A stretch of DNA of 64,000 nt from Callorhinchus milii (taxonomy: Eukaryota), in NCBI RefSeq assembly GCF_018977255.1, contig NW_024704743.1, positions 115,632,001-115,696,000 on the forward strand, given 5' to 3'. The position numbers were made by a program, and so were the translations under genes. The notes under the pieces are model-generated. The model saw only the letters and a list, made by a program, of their open reading frames with translations. It ran no database searches and was not told the origin of the DNA. Below, one piece after another: positions 1-12,400 of this stretch (position 1 is its first letter; every line of letters begins with the position of its first letter).

Positions 1-819
1 TTTAAAAGACTCCAGTTTGTTATATTGCTGCCTTTGATATACACAGCTTGGTATTAACTATTTTCCTCTGTTAGCACATTCGCTGTTAGTAAAATTGCTG
101 TGTCCAGGGATTTGTGTGTGTATCTGTGTCCAATATACACTGAATGATGGAGTTTCTTTATATACCTAATGCCAGGAATGTGAACGGTTCAGACACCATA
201 ACCTTATTTTACAACTGAGGGCTGATTTTCAGTCCACATGTTTTTTATTTCATCCTTGGGCAGTGCAATATTTGGATTATTGAGACACAAAATCTGTAGA
301 CAAATTTATGTTTATATCATCTTTGAACATTTGTTCCTGCTGAAAGGTAGACAGAGCTTAAAATTTACTTTCAATTAGATTCAGTGCTTCAGGCCAGACA
401 TGACATTGAATTACATGGAATGAAGCGACATGCTAACAAGCTATTTGGCCAGACTAATCTATCCCAGTGTTTTATACTTCTCTCGAGCTCCACCCCTCCT
501 TTACCCATCTATTCAGCGCTCCGGGATGCTACCCCATGTGAAGGGCGCTATATAAATGCAAGTTGTTGTTGTTGTATTCGCTTCTCGTTCATGCAAGACA
601 GTCCATAGAAGCAGCAGAGAGCAGTATGAAGAAGCATCTTTCCCCAAATAAAATTCTGTCATTGCTTATAATGAGACAAACAAGTGGTAATGTAAGCCTG
701 TAATCATTCATCTAACCAAAGAATTTCTCAATTGATTCTAGAATCAGAAAAAGTGTCAATTTGTAAACACTTCTCTGGTTACATCAGTTAAACTAGATAT
801 ATTGTAAAACAATAATAAT

Positions 820-1185
820 ACTTCCTGTTTGATCCAATGTCTTTCATGTTGGAAGGATATCTCGAAGCGCTTCACAAGATTTATTGTCAATTGTAGTGAC
901 TGTATTTTTTAGATGAAAGTGGCAGCCATTTTGGCAGCCAAGCAGTGTCCCATAAACAGCCGTGAAGTGATTGACCAATTTGGGGAATTCGTCTTTGGGA
1001 GAAACTCCCTTCTCTTTTCAAATCATACCATGAGCAGGCAGTGGTAACCTCAATTTAACACATCATCTGAAGGATGGGACCTCCAATAATGCGTGGTATC
1101 TCAGCACTGCATTGGAGTGACAGCCTAGTTTGTGAACTCCTGACATGGGGCTTGAACTCACATCTTTCTAATTCAGAGGTGAGTG
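820..1185 (-). mobile_element. Deu-type SINE, reverse orientation
   Basis: Reverse-complement head (GGGGCTTGAACTCACA..TTCAGAG) and tail. Confidence 0.55.
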
Positions 1186-3400
1186 AAATTACTGAAATTT
1201 AAAGCACAGAAAGAGGCCATTCGGTCCATCAAGTTTGCCCCGGCTGTCAGAGCAAGATGTTCATTTATCTCATGGACCCATCCCCATTCAACTTCAAGCT
1301 TTTATCTTTTATATACTGTCTACTGTCTTCTTGAAACCTACAATGGACTTTATCTCAACCACCTTACTTGACAGGGCATCCATGTCCAAACAACTCTGTG
1401 AAGTAAGATGTTAAAGATCCGATGGCACTATTCGATCAAAGAAAGAAATTTCTCTTGGGGTCATTCCCAAAATTATCCATTCACTTCATGGCTGTTTGTG
1501 GGACACTACTGTGCACAGATTTATTTATTTTATTTGGCGGCTGTTGCGTCAGCTTCCAAATAAACAGTTACTACACTTAACAGTACATCCTGTGAAGATT
1601 TTTTTTTAGATGTTTTGATGATGTAGTAAACCGCTATATCAAAAGCAAGGATTCTTTTCTATTATTACCCTGTGATAGTCAGGTGGTTCTAATCAAGTGA
1701 TACAATAATGCTTCATTTTAAATCCTGTCACTGACTGCCATGATATCATCTGCCACTAAATCAAAATAATGATCAAGAAATGCCCAAAAGGAAACAAAAT
1801 GAGAGGCAAACTCCAGCTGTATATAGTGTATAGAATAACAAGAGCCAGAATGCATTTCAAGCACAATATATCTTGGAATCCAATGAAGTGAAAATATTTG
1901 GCATTTGCTTTGTTTGTTGTCATCCAAGCTTCTTTGATACGTTACTGCCTTTTAACATGCTCCATCCGGTCTGCACATGACCCTTGCACAATTGTATCAA
2001 AGTTGCAATGGTTTTCTGTAGCAGCCCCAGGTGTTGCACACAAATGGAAAGTGACCATCTCTGTACCCCACACTCTAGTGGCAAATAATCATAAATAGAA
2101 AACAGAAAAATATAAAACTGGTTGGAAATTGGTAAATATTCACATATTATAAGGATCAAATTACTGTAGCTTGAATTGTCTTGGATGTGGTCATACAAAG
2201 TTATTTATTTCTGTCTGAGAACTAATGAAAAACATTGGTGTCACTTCATTCTGTTTCTGTTCAAGTGATCTAATGGTGAAAATTTGAAGCTTTTACTCTG
2301 GTGTGCAGAGTTATGTAAAGCATAGTTACACATTTTAGTCATAGATATTAAAAATAAAACCACAATTTTTGTGGAAGCTGTCCATTTTAAAACTCAAGAT
2401 CTTTAAATTTTATGAGCAAGTGATAGTGTGATGCAAATATGTGATTTTGGTTAAAATATTAAGGCTGAGGAGAATTGTTGAAGGCTCTATGTGTGGTGCA
2501 TGAGTCAACTTACAGCATGCTGATATGTGGCACAGCTCTTCATTTGAAAGTGATATAGCAAATGTTTTTACCAAATATTGCAAGCAACAGCAAGGTTTGC
2601 ATTCAGAACCTTCACTGGAGTTTTTTTTTTAATGTACTCTTTTTACTAAATGACACTTCAGCATGCAGAAGAATACACAGTCTACCTTGCATGGTACTTT
2701 TAAAAGACATGCATTCTAAATGTATTGCTTTTGCCAAATTGCTTAAAGAGAAAGCATTTCTTGTTGGCTTGATAGGCTTCAGTGAGAAAGCATCAAAAAT
2801 AAATTGTGCACATTTTGACAATATACTTGTTTAACTATATTTTTTCAACATCTTCGCTGGCCTTTTGTGCTGAATTACAATACATTTATTGCTTAATTGT
2901 GTTTTCTTAATATTATTAAGATTGGCTCCATAGTAAAAAAACAAATATTGGAAGAAACATTATTAAAAGTGCACGAGAGAATGAAAGTGTCTAAAAGTAG
3001 GTTTGAGCCAGTGATTTAAAAAGTAGTAAGTGCCGCTTCTAAGCAGGTATAACACTGTGTATATTATGCGGGTGTCGGCTATTTCCTGCTATCCCACTGT
3101 ATCTGTATGTAAGTTAAAAATTCAAAGGAAGCTCTGATTTGTTTTAAAATTTTACAAATTGTATTGATGCTTAAAGTGAAGCCTATATAGGCCAGCCAGT
3201 AGGGTACTAAAGACATTTTATCAAAATGTAATCCTAATTGCTTGAAATAACCAGTTTTCCTTTACATTTAGTGCACTGTCCTGTCCTGATGCATTCCATT
3301 ACATGTACGTTGCAAGTACTGTCCTTGGATTGTTGTTTTCTTGTGTTCAGGTGCAAAAATGTATCGCTAACATTTTGCTTATTTCCTTTGTGTACAATAG

Positions 3401-3487
3401 CCCAGTCGGCCAGGCTATCCAAGTCCAAGGTCAAGTGACAGCTTTTTCCCCAGCCCCCAACACATGGTACAACACAATCATTATCAG
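3401..3487 (+). CDS. PTK2: PTK2 exon PSRPGYPSPRSSDSFFPSPQHMVQHNHYQ
   Basis: tag|CCC...CAG|gta; matches the FAK Pro-rich region with S722/S732 equivalents. Confidence 0.95.
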
Positions 3488-6400
3488 GTAAATGATATAC
3501 ACTACGCTCTGCTTTTTAGTTGATCATAGTATAAATGTATGATTTGAAATACCACCGATTGGAAGTTTCATTCCTCAGAACCAATCCACTTGTCTGATTA
3601 TACTGCTAGAGTAAATTGTGGTTTGAATTTGAAAAGCAAGGATTCAGAACAGCATTAACTAATTCAGCATCAAAATATACAGGCAATTCACTTTATAGTA
3701 TATTCTGTGAAGTGCTTTGAGACATCTCAATGACTTGGTAGGGCACAAAATCAAATTCAAGGATTACTATTATTATAATGACTGTGTGAGGTAATCCATC
3801 TGGTAACCAGCAATATAACACAGCCGTAGCTTTCTATTCTTCTCCCACCACTCTCCAGGCCACCTTAGGACAGTGAGCACCTTCAGTGTGTAGAAGGCTG
3901 TGATCAGGGATTCGGTATTGAATGGCTTCTGGTTCTGTGCAATGAAGTGCCAGTGTGCGGAGCCATCCCATCACCTTGTACATAGATTTGAAGAATGATC
4001 CAAACATTGCTTATCAACCTTTAATTCATAAGAGCTATCAGCATTGATTGTGTTAATTATGTGTAGGTTTCTGGATACACTGGTTCACATGGAATTTCAC
4101 CTATGCCTGGAAGTATATATTCAGCACAGGCGGGAGTTTTAGATCCCCACGATACATGGAATCACCATCGGCCTCAAGATATCCCAATCTGGCCACAAAA
4201 TATTGAGGTAATAAGATACTTTTTAGTTTTTGGCCTGGCTCGGTTGATAGCATTCTCGCTTCTGATTCAGAAGGTTGTGGATTCAAATGCAACGTCATGT
4301 CTTTGACATAGTCTGGGTGAACACATTGATGCATTCGTCGTCTTGTGTTATACTGTGTTGTATATATTTTGAAAAAAACAGGTAATGATTCTTTGGGATA
4401 TGGGGGAACTGAGGGTTGTCCTCAATTTCAACAATTGGCATCAATCAGTATCATCTTTCAACAACAGTGACTTGCATTTATATAGGGGCTTTCACGTAGG
4501 TAGCATCTCGGAAGGCTTTCAGTTATACTTAAGCCATCTGATTATATGATGAGTAGATGCTTGTTGAGGTTCATTGACCACTGACAGTCAATGTATTTTA
4601 ATCAATGATTGGATTTTCAGGATTCTGGCACAATGGATATGCGTGGAATGGGACAGATGCTCCCAGCGAACGTAATGGAAGAACGGCTAATACGACAGCA
4701 ACAGGAGATGGAAGAGGATCAGCGATGGCTTGAACAGGAGGAGAAGTTTTTGGTAAATTTTACACTTCAGTCTTCTGCAGTCTACACAGCTAAAGATATG
4801 TAAGACAAGAACATAAGCTGCAAGGGATAAGTTGCACCAGTCAGCAACAAAGCCACATGCGAGCTACAGCAAGTACTAAATGTGTGTCCTCCAGATAATT
4901 CAGTGACATGTCTTTCAGATGTTTTTTTCAAAATCTATTTATAGTTTAAAAGGATTACACTATATATTGTATGTCAAAAACATATAAAAGCACAAACGTT
5001 CTGCCCTGTGCTCTGAACTTAGAAGTTCCCGCATGGTCTGAGTATTTGTTTTGGATTAAACTGTAAATAGTTTACTTCTGCCTGGTTTCCTTGCTTCTTG
5101 AAACTAAACTCAGCAGGCAAAAGTAGTGATGTTTTACTTGTATGTTCAAAGAAAATAATCTGCTTACCTTTTCATGATCAGATCCTTCAATTCTACTGCA
5201 CATTCGCTGAATATTGTTTGTAAAAAAAATTAACTCTACAATCTTGTGAGTTTCAATACTGATTTGCAAATTGCCATCTTTTAAAAAATTACAACTGTAA
5301 AGTAACATGTTTTATAGTTTCAGTTGATTGCATGGTTATCACTTAGTTCACTGTGGAAACCCATCACCATGTTTAAGAGTATCCAAACCAAACTGAGATT
5401 TCCATGCATAGTGGAGCGTAGTGGCTGAAAGCACGGCCACCGATGGTGGCTGGAGCCAGTTGAGTGGAGGCAGTGCATAGTGGTGTAGGGAGCACTGTAA
5501 CATCAGTTCTGTGAAGGAGCCAATGGAGTTTAACAAGGACTGGGGTAATAGAGGGATGGAGTTTAGTGTGGGTGAGAATGTGGGCTGCGGAGTCTTGAAT
5601 TAGTTGAATTTTGTGAGTAGTGGACACGTTACTATATTGGAATTGAGCTGCCTTGTCTTGTTAAAAAGCTGTTCCTTATGAGTACACGCACAGCGAGTAT
5701 TCTTCAGAGTCATCTCTTATAGAAAATAAAATACGTCAATTTAATCTTTTCTGTATATACTCTAACTGCCAAACTAAAGATTGCACACAGCCCTTTTATG
5801 GGTTTGGAGTTGTGCCTGGAAATATGTTGAAAGAAATAAAACTATTTATATTCTTTTACAGAATCTGTAAACACTTACCATTATTCCCCAAATTCTTCTC
5901 TTGAACTTTCATGGTTCTGTGAATGGGTTTCTGATATTGAAATAGGTTGTGGGAATGTGTGTGTGTATCGGTGTCTTACCTTTCTCTGACAGATTGACAG
6001 AACATTCTTCAGATTTGCAAAACGTGAATGAGAATAATTTTAATTTTTGAGAGAGAAAAAACGTACATTACTTAGAAGCAAGTAATGTTTTTTGACCACG
6101 ACCATAAATACATTGTAGAAACCGAGCAACCATTCAGCAGAAGCTTCATTATACCCAGCTTCTCCCTATTTGGATATGCCAGATATGCAAGCCCGTTGTC
6201 AAGAGAGTGCTCTTGGCAAAGTAAGATGTTGACCTGTGTCTGGAATTTGTGGTTGTTATTGGCTGCAAGGCAGTTCTGGATTTGAGACAAAATTGTAGCT
6301 AGTGAAAACAACAGTGTAATTGCTGCTGCAATAACTTATTTTCCATCGATAAGTTTTAGATACCTAGCTCTGTCTTCTGGGAAATCTGTACAAATTGAGA

Positions 6401-9400
6401 CTGATTTATAGCCCTATGTCACTCTTTTTGAACCCAAGCATTTCTCTCTTTATGGATAAAAGACTTGAATCACATTACACAATGCATTTTTTTGTGGATT
6501 TTAAGTGAAACATAGCGACAATGTGTATAGTATAGTAGTCATTTCAGATAAGAGTAGGGCATAGGTCTATCTAGCCTTCCCATCCCCCAAAGATTCCTTG
6601 TACGATATTGTCTCGTACTCAAAATACCTTTTTTAGATCAGTGGAGGATCTAGTACCAGTTGGGGGTGAATAGCCTCTTATCGTATAACCGTTTCTATAG
6701 TCTGCCTTAATTTGAAGATATGTGCAATACATAGTGGCTTTTTTAAAAAGTTATTTAATTTTCTTCCTTTCTTTAGTTTCCTCATGCTAGGCACTGTTCC
6801 AAAAAGAGCAGGTCTGATTCTAGGCTCTGCTTATATCATTCAGTGACTAACTGTTAGGTATTTGAGACCTGGGGTAACACTTCCCTCAGATTTATCTTTA
6901 ACAAACGTATTTAGCAGCGTCCCACTACAGTTGGGAGATTCTGAGTGGGTGTTCTGTATCCTACCACACCATTGAACAATAGGTTATCATCTGATTTGAG
7001 TCCTGTAGAGTATTGGTCAGAACATATGCCTCGCAAACGCGAGGATCCGGTTTCGATTCCTAGGCAGGGAGAAGCCTTAGGGAAGTTTCCTTAACCCACA
7101 GCCTCTGTTTAACTAGCAATAAGTAGGAACCTGATTGTTAGTTGAATGGTGAATGCTTTCTGGGGGTAATAATCCATGTAAATAATAATAATAATTTGGT
7201 AACTCAATCCATGACTGTTTGTGGGACATTACTGCTACTAATTTTCACCCACAAAATATACAGTCAATTCACTTTACAGTATATTCTGTGAAGTGCTGTG
7301 AGATGTCTCAATGACATGATAAGGCGCTGTATCAAATGCAAGGATTATTATTATATCCCTCTTTATTATCAAAAAGTAGACGGTTCACTTCTAGCAGACT
7401 ACCCAGTGCACAGATATTGTATCTCGAGAGGCTGTTGTTGAAATGTCACCCAGTACAGCTTGAGTTTTTGGTACCTCTGACCGCATGCAGAAGATTAAAA
7501 GCCATATGTTGTCAGAATTTTGTTATGTACATACATAAGGCTCTATACATGCACAGAACACTACACTAGAAATGCTAAACAGGTGGCAGTACAGTAATGA
7601 CAGAAAGCTTGTGCACTTGTTTCAAGGATTATTGTGTAGACAAGCAAAAATGTGTTTTCAGGTTGCTGGGGATTGACAGTGAAATAATAATCCTTTAAAG
7701 GTTTAAGAAGGCTCAGCCTGCTCCATGTCCCCTGCGCCCACCCTCTGGAACTCCATCCTTGAGTCCCTTCACCTTGCCCTCTTCTTTTCCTCTTTGACTG
7801 TGCCTTTGACTGTGCCTTCACCCCCGTTGCCCTACACCACTCTTGACCCCAGCCCCCATCTCGGGTGCAAAGCATTGACTGTCTGTCGCCTTCGGACTTC
7901 CTCCTGACATGAAAGGCGCAATATAAATGCAAATATTTGTTGTTTAAAGCTGACTAGTTATCCAAGGTACAGTGTCGAGAAAGTACCAAGTACTCGAATA
8001 GCTGGGATATTGAGTGAGTGACTCGTTAATTGGGGTTGATTTCTAATCCCAGGGGATAGTTATCAGAGTTTCATGTAAATGTCTTCCTGTCAGTATGAAT
8101 TAGGATCATAGAATGCACAAATATTTAGCCCATCAAGGTGTATTTCTCCACATGAACCACTTAGTCTAACCCAGTCTCCTGCTCCTCAATATCTTCTAAT
8201 CTTCCTCGCTTTCAATCAACTCTAATTTCCTTTTAAAAAAACCAGTGACACTCTGAAAACTCAGTTTAGTCCGAGAGAAGTAGCTCAAATGACTTGTAAT
8301 CAGAGTTGACTAGTTATCCAAAGTACCGTATCGAGAAAGTACCAAGTACTTGAATAACCAGGATATTGAGTGAGTGACTCATTAAGTGGGGTTACTGTCA
8401 CTTATGGAGTTTCACTGTAATTTATGGACTCCGCTTCAACAAATGTTTGTGGCAGAGAACTCCACATTACAAGCACCCTCTGTATAAAGATCACCAAATA
8501 AGGTGGAAAGGCGGGGTAGGCCGAGGATGGTGACCCTCGACTCGGATCGAAGAGTTTTTAGGAGAGTAGTGAAGACAGGCGTAGTGACTTGGAAGGTAAA
8601 GGGAGAGAGCTTCAGAGAGAAGTTATACTTTCACAATTTGTTGGTCGTGGGTGGAGAGAAGAATTGTGGCAAAGCTTTCTGAAGCCCTAAATAAAAACAT
8701 TCGTCACAAACCAAAATATTTGAAGTATTCAGGGAAGGCACAAATAATGGGTAAATCACGAACACGCAACTCCCATGGGGTAGAGGCAGAGAAACAGATT
8801 GAGTGCAGGCTGTGGAACTACAAAAGGGATACTGCCAGTTGGATGATTTTGGAGCTTGGAAATGTTCCCATTTCTTTCACTGTGTTTTAATCTTCGCCAT
8901 TCCTTTACTAACGAGGAGCAGCACCACCGTGTTTTAAATGCGAGTCTGCAAATTATTAAATGCAACACATTATCAATCTGATTTCAAGCGTCTTAGTGCA
9001 GAGTGTGTATAATTGAACGCATTTTGCTATCTCTCTGCAGTCAAGTGTAAGGTTTCCCCTGACAGGAAACAGGAATTAATGCATGTTATTCTCATCCTGT
9101 GTGTACATTCTGCTGCGAGGGGGAAAAGGCTGCTTGTCGCTCCCAGGGAAAGTACTGTAGAATGCAAGTTTTCAGGTCATGTGTTGGAAAATTGGTAAAG
9201 TAACCACTTCAAGTTTGAACCTTCTACATTAAAGAGAATTTGCTGAACTAATTGTATTGTAGTCTTTGTGGTAGAAAATGGAAGAAATGGTTTAATGTGA
9301 AAAGTTTAATCTCTGCCTCTTTACCCGTCTTTTCAGAAACCTGATCCAAGGTCCTTGAGAAATAATGTTGATCGAGATGATGGCGGCCTCCTGGGTCCAG

Positions 9401-12400
9401 TAAGTCTTTGTTATACATTACCTGTGGAATAAGTAGACTTCCTTACATTTATCCGTAGTGTGAAAGATGCGACCTATTGTAACTTTAATCACTACTGGTT
9501 TACACTGGTGGCCATAATGACATGAGCTATGCTTAAAGTATCATAAAAGCTGTGTGATTTTGACTGACGCGTGACCTGGTTTTCACAACGGAAGAGTAGT
9601 TAGTCATGTAAACAAAACTGCTTTTCCATTAAACTTGGAACTTATTTTGCTTTTAACTCTTTGTGCAAAAATGCTAAAACATAACAGCAATGTTCCACTT
9701 TTAGAACCTTTAACAGTTTTCCACTTCTGCTGTTCAGGGTTTGATTCTAACAGTATGTAGCTCATGTTTTCATAAGGTTAGAAAGTATCTCTCAGGAGCT
9801 TCAGGTACTCCCGATAACCTCTGTAGCACATTAGCCTGCTGCACTTGCATAAGGATGTAATTCCTCTGAAGTTCTCGTTTTGCCTGGGCTGTGAAAAGGC
9901 AGCAGTTGGAGAAAAGGTGCTTCTCATTAACGGGAGGGGAACAAATAAATTTTGCATAATTCTCGGGTAGCCTGCATTGATATTTTCCTGCACAGAAGCT
10001 ATGCATCACAAAAGACTCGAACATAGAGAACAGATCATTGAAACAAGTCTTTAATCATCAGGGATTGAAATAATAAGTTTGTATTGCTTTTCTGCTAGTT
10101 CGAAACAAAATTAAATTGTCAGAGAAATATCCTGTACATTATATTGTAATGAAATGTAACATTTAAATATGACTGATTGAACATATGAGTTGAATTATAA
10201 AGAGCTTTCATCTCCTTTATTGCTTTTGTTTTAGACTGGTAATCAACACATCTATCAACCTGTGGGTAAACCAGGTAAGATACTTTTGCTACAGAGCTGA
10301 TAGTTGTATATATCTAGAAGAGACTTATGTGTTAGACTAGCTCAGATGGTAGCATTCTCTCCTTTGAGTCAGAAGGTTGTCGGTTCAAGCCTCACGTTGG
10401 AATTTTTAACTCATAATCTACAATAATAATCCTTGCATTTGATATAGCGCCTTATCACACCTTTGAGACGTCTCAAAGCGCTTTACAGAATATATTGTAA
10501 AGTGAATTGGTTGTATATTTTGTGGGCGAAATGGCAGTCAATTGCGCACAGCAGTGTCCCACAAACAGTCGTGGATTGAGTGTCAAATTTATTATCATTT
10601 ATCTAGACTGTCACTCCAATGCAGTGCTGTATTGTTGTTGGTGCAGTCGTTCGGATGAGACATTAAACTGAGGTCCCATCTGCCTGTTCGAATGGACATT
10701 AAAGATCCCACGGCACCCTTTGAAAAAACATAATTCTTCCGGGTGTCCTGGTCAACAATCCCCCAAATAAAATTGTACGTTCATTTAATGCATGTTTATT
10801 AGGGCATTGCTATGTCTGTGCACAAATTAGTTGCCATGATTGCCTTTAAATACGATTATTCTGTAAAGTGTTATGAGATGTCCTCCCAATATAAAAGGCA
10901 TTATATCAAATGTAAATGTTTTTATAAGAGGTTTCAAGAAAATGTTAGAGTAAAATGTCAGAATTATTAAGTCATAAAGAGCTGTTTTTAATCGACAGGA
11001 TTTTATATTTCTGCAGCTGGAGATATATAAATAAGACTTGTAGATTCTCCCAAGTTTTAAGAATTTGCTGTCGCAAAACCTTTCATGAGAATGGGAACCA
11101 GTACATTTTGCCAGTCGATAAAGGGAATGGAATTCAGTCCCTTGTCATCCTCAGAAATAAACTGGAGTTTGTTCAGAAACTAACATCCGCCAGTGTGGGT
11201 GTCAATTCTGAAGTGATGTTAAAGCAGCCACAGACTAGTGCTGCCTTTGATTTTGTCGCTGCTCCTAACTTTCATCACACCCAAATTTCTTCACTCCTTT
11301 CCATTGGTAAAACTGCATTTCAGTATAAACTGGATTTTTGCCAACAGGTGGGAGAAGTTTCAACTAATCTAACTGGACTGTTTTGATGTCAGCTTGGCCC
11401 AGTTGGTAGCGTTGGGATCTTCAGGTCTAGATTCTTATGTCAGTACTTCAGCTCCTAGCCTAGAGTGACACTCCTGTACAATACTAAGGAAGTGCTACAT
11501 TGTCTTTTGGATGAGATTCTAAACCAAAGTCCTATGTATCTGACATTCATGTGGACATTAAAGATCCTATGACACTAGTGGAGTCACAGAAGGAGCTTTT
11601 CTCAGTGTTCAAGCAAACAATCCTTCAGAAAGAAGAGAAATTAAAACCAACTCAAAGTCAGTTGTAGAAAATCATAGTTCACATTAATTGAAAAGCACTA
11701 ATAATTTTAATAATAATAATCCTTGCACTTGATATAGCTCCTTATTACATCAGAAACGTCTCAAAATATACTGTAAAGTGAATTGACTGTATATTTTGTG
11801 AGTGATACGCGGCAGCCAATTGTGTACAGCTGTGTCCCACAAACAGTCGTGGATTGAGTGCAACTTTTTTTTGCAGAGAAATCGTTTCTATGTTTAATTC
11901 TAGGCTTCCATTACAATGACTTTTAAGCTCATTTAGATTTTTATTCTGTTCTTTCCACCAGAGCATGCCGCACCACCAAAGAAGCCACCTCGACCTGGTG
12001 CCCCCACCCATGGAGGAAGCATTGCCAGCCTCAACAGCCCAATTGACAGTTACAATGAGGGGGTGAAGGTAAGAACTCGTAGTAAAGTCATTAACTGCCC
12101 TGGTAGAAATAATAAATATGTATTCTTTATTTGAAGCAACCAAGAATTGTTTTTACAGGTTCATAAGGCAGTTAGCTTGGCTGCCACCTCTGGGTGGCTT
12201 CAAGTCCATGTCGGGATGTGAGCTCACACTCAGAAGCTGACTCTCCAGTTTTTTGGCCAGTTTTTTTTAAAAACATTTGTGGGGGATGAGACATTAAACT
12301 AAGGCCCAAACTGGCTGTTCTCACTGGTCATTAAAGATCCACTGATACTATTTGAAAAGAGAGGGGAGTTTCCCCTGGTGCCTTGGCTAATATTCCTCTA

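Noticed and set aside
1..3400. FRNK promoter or a miR-151-like hairpin in PTK2 introns
   Set aside because: The FRNK start lies upstream of the first exon seen here, and I saw no matching hairpin; miR-151 is a mammalian L2-derived miRNA
10955..11386. 143-aa ORF in a PTK2 intron
   Set aside because: No FAK similarity or recognisable motif; the flanking exons already join in frame
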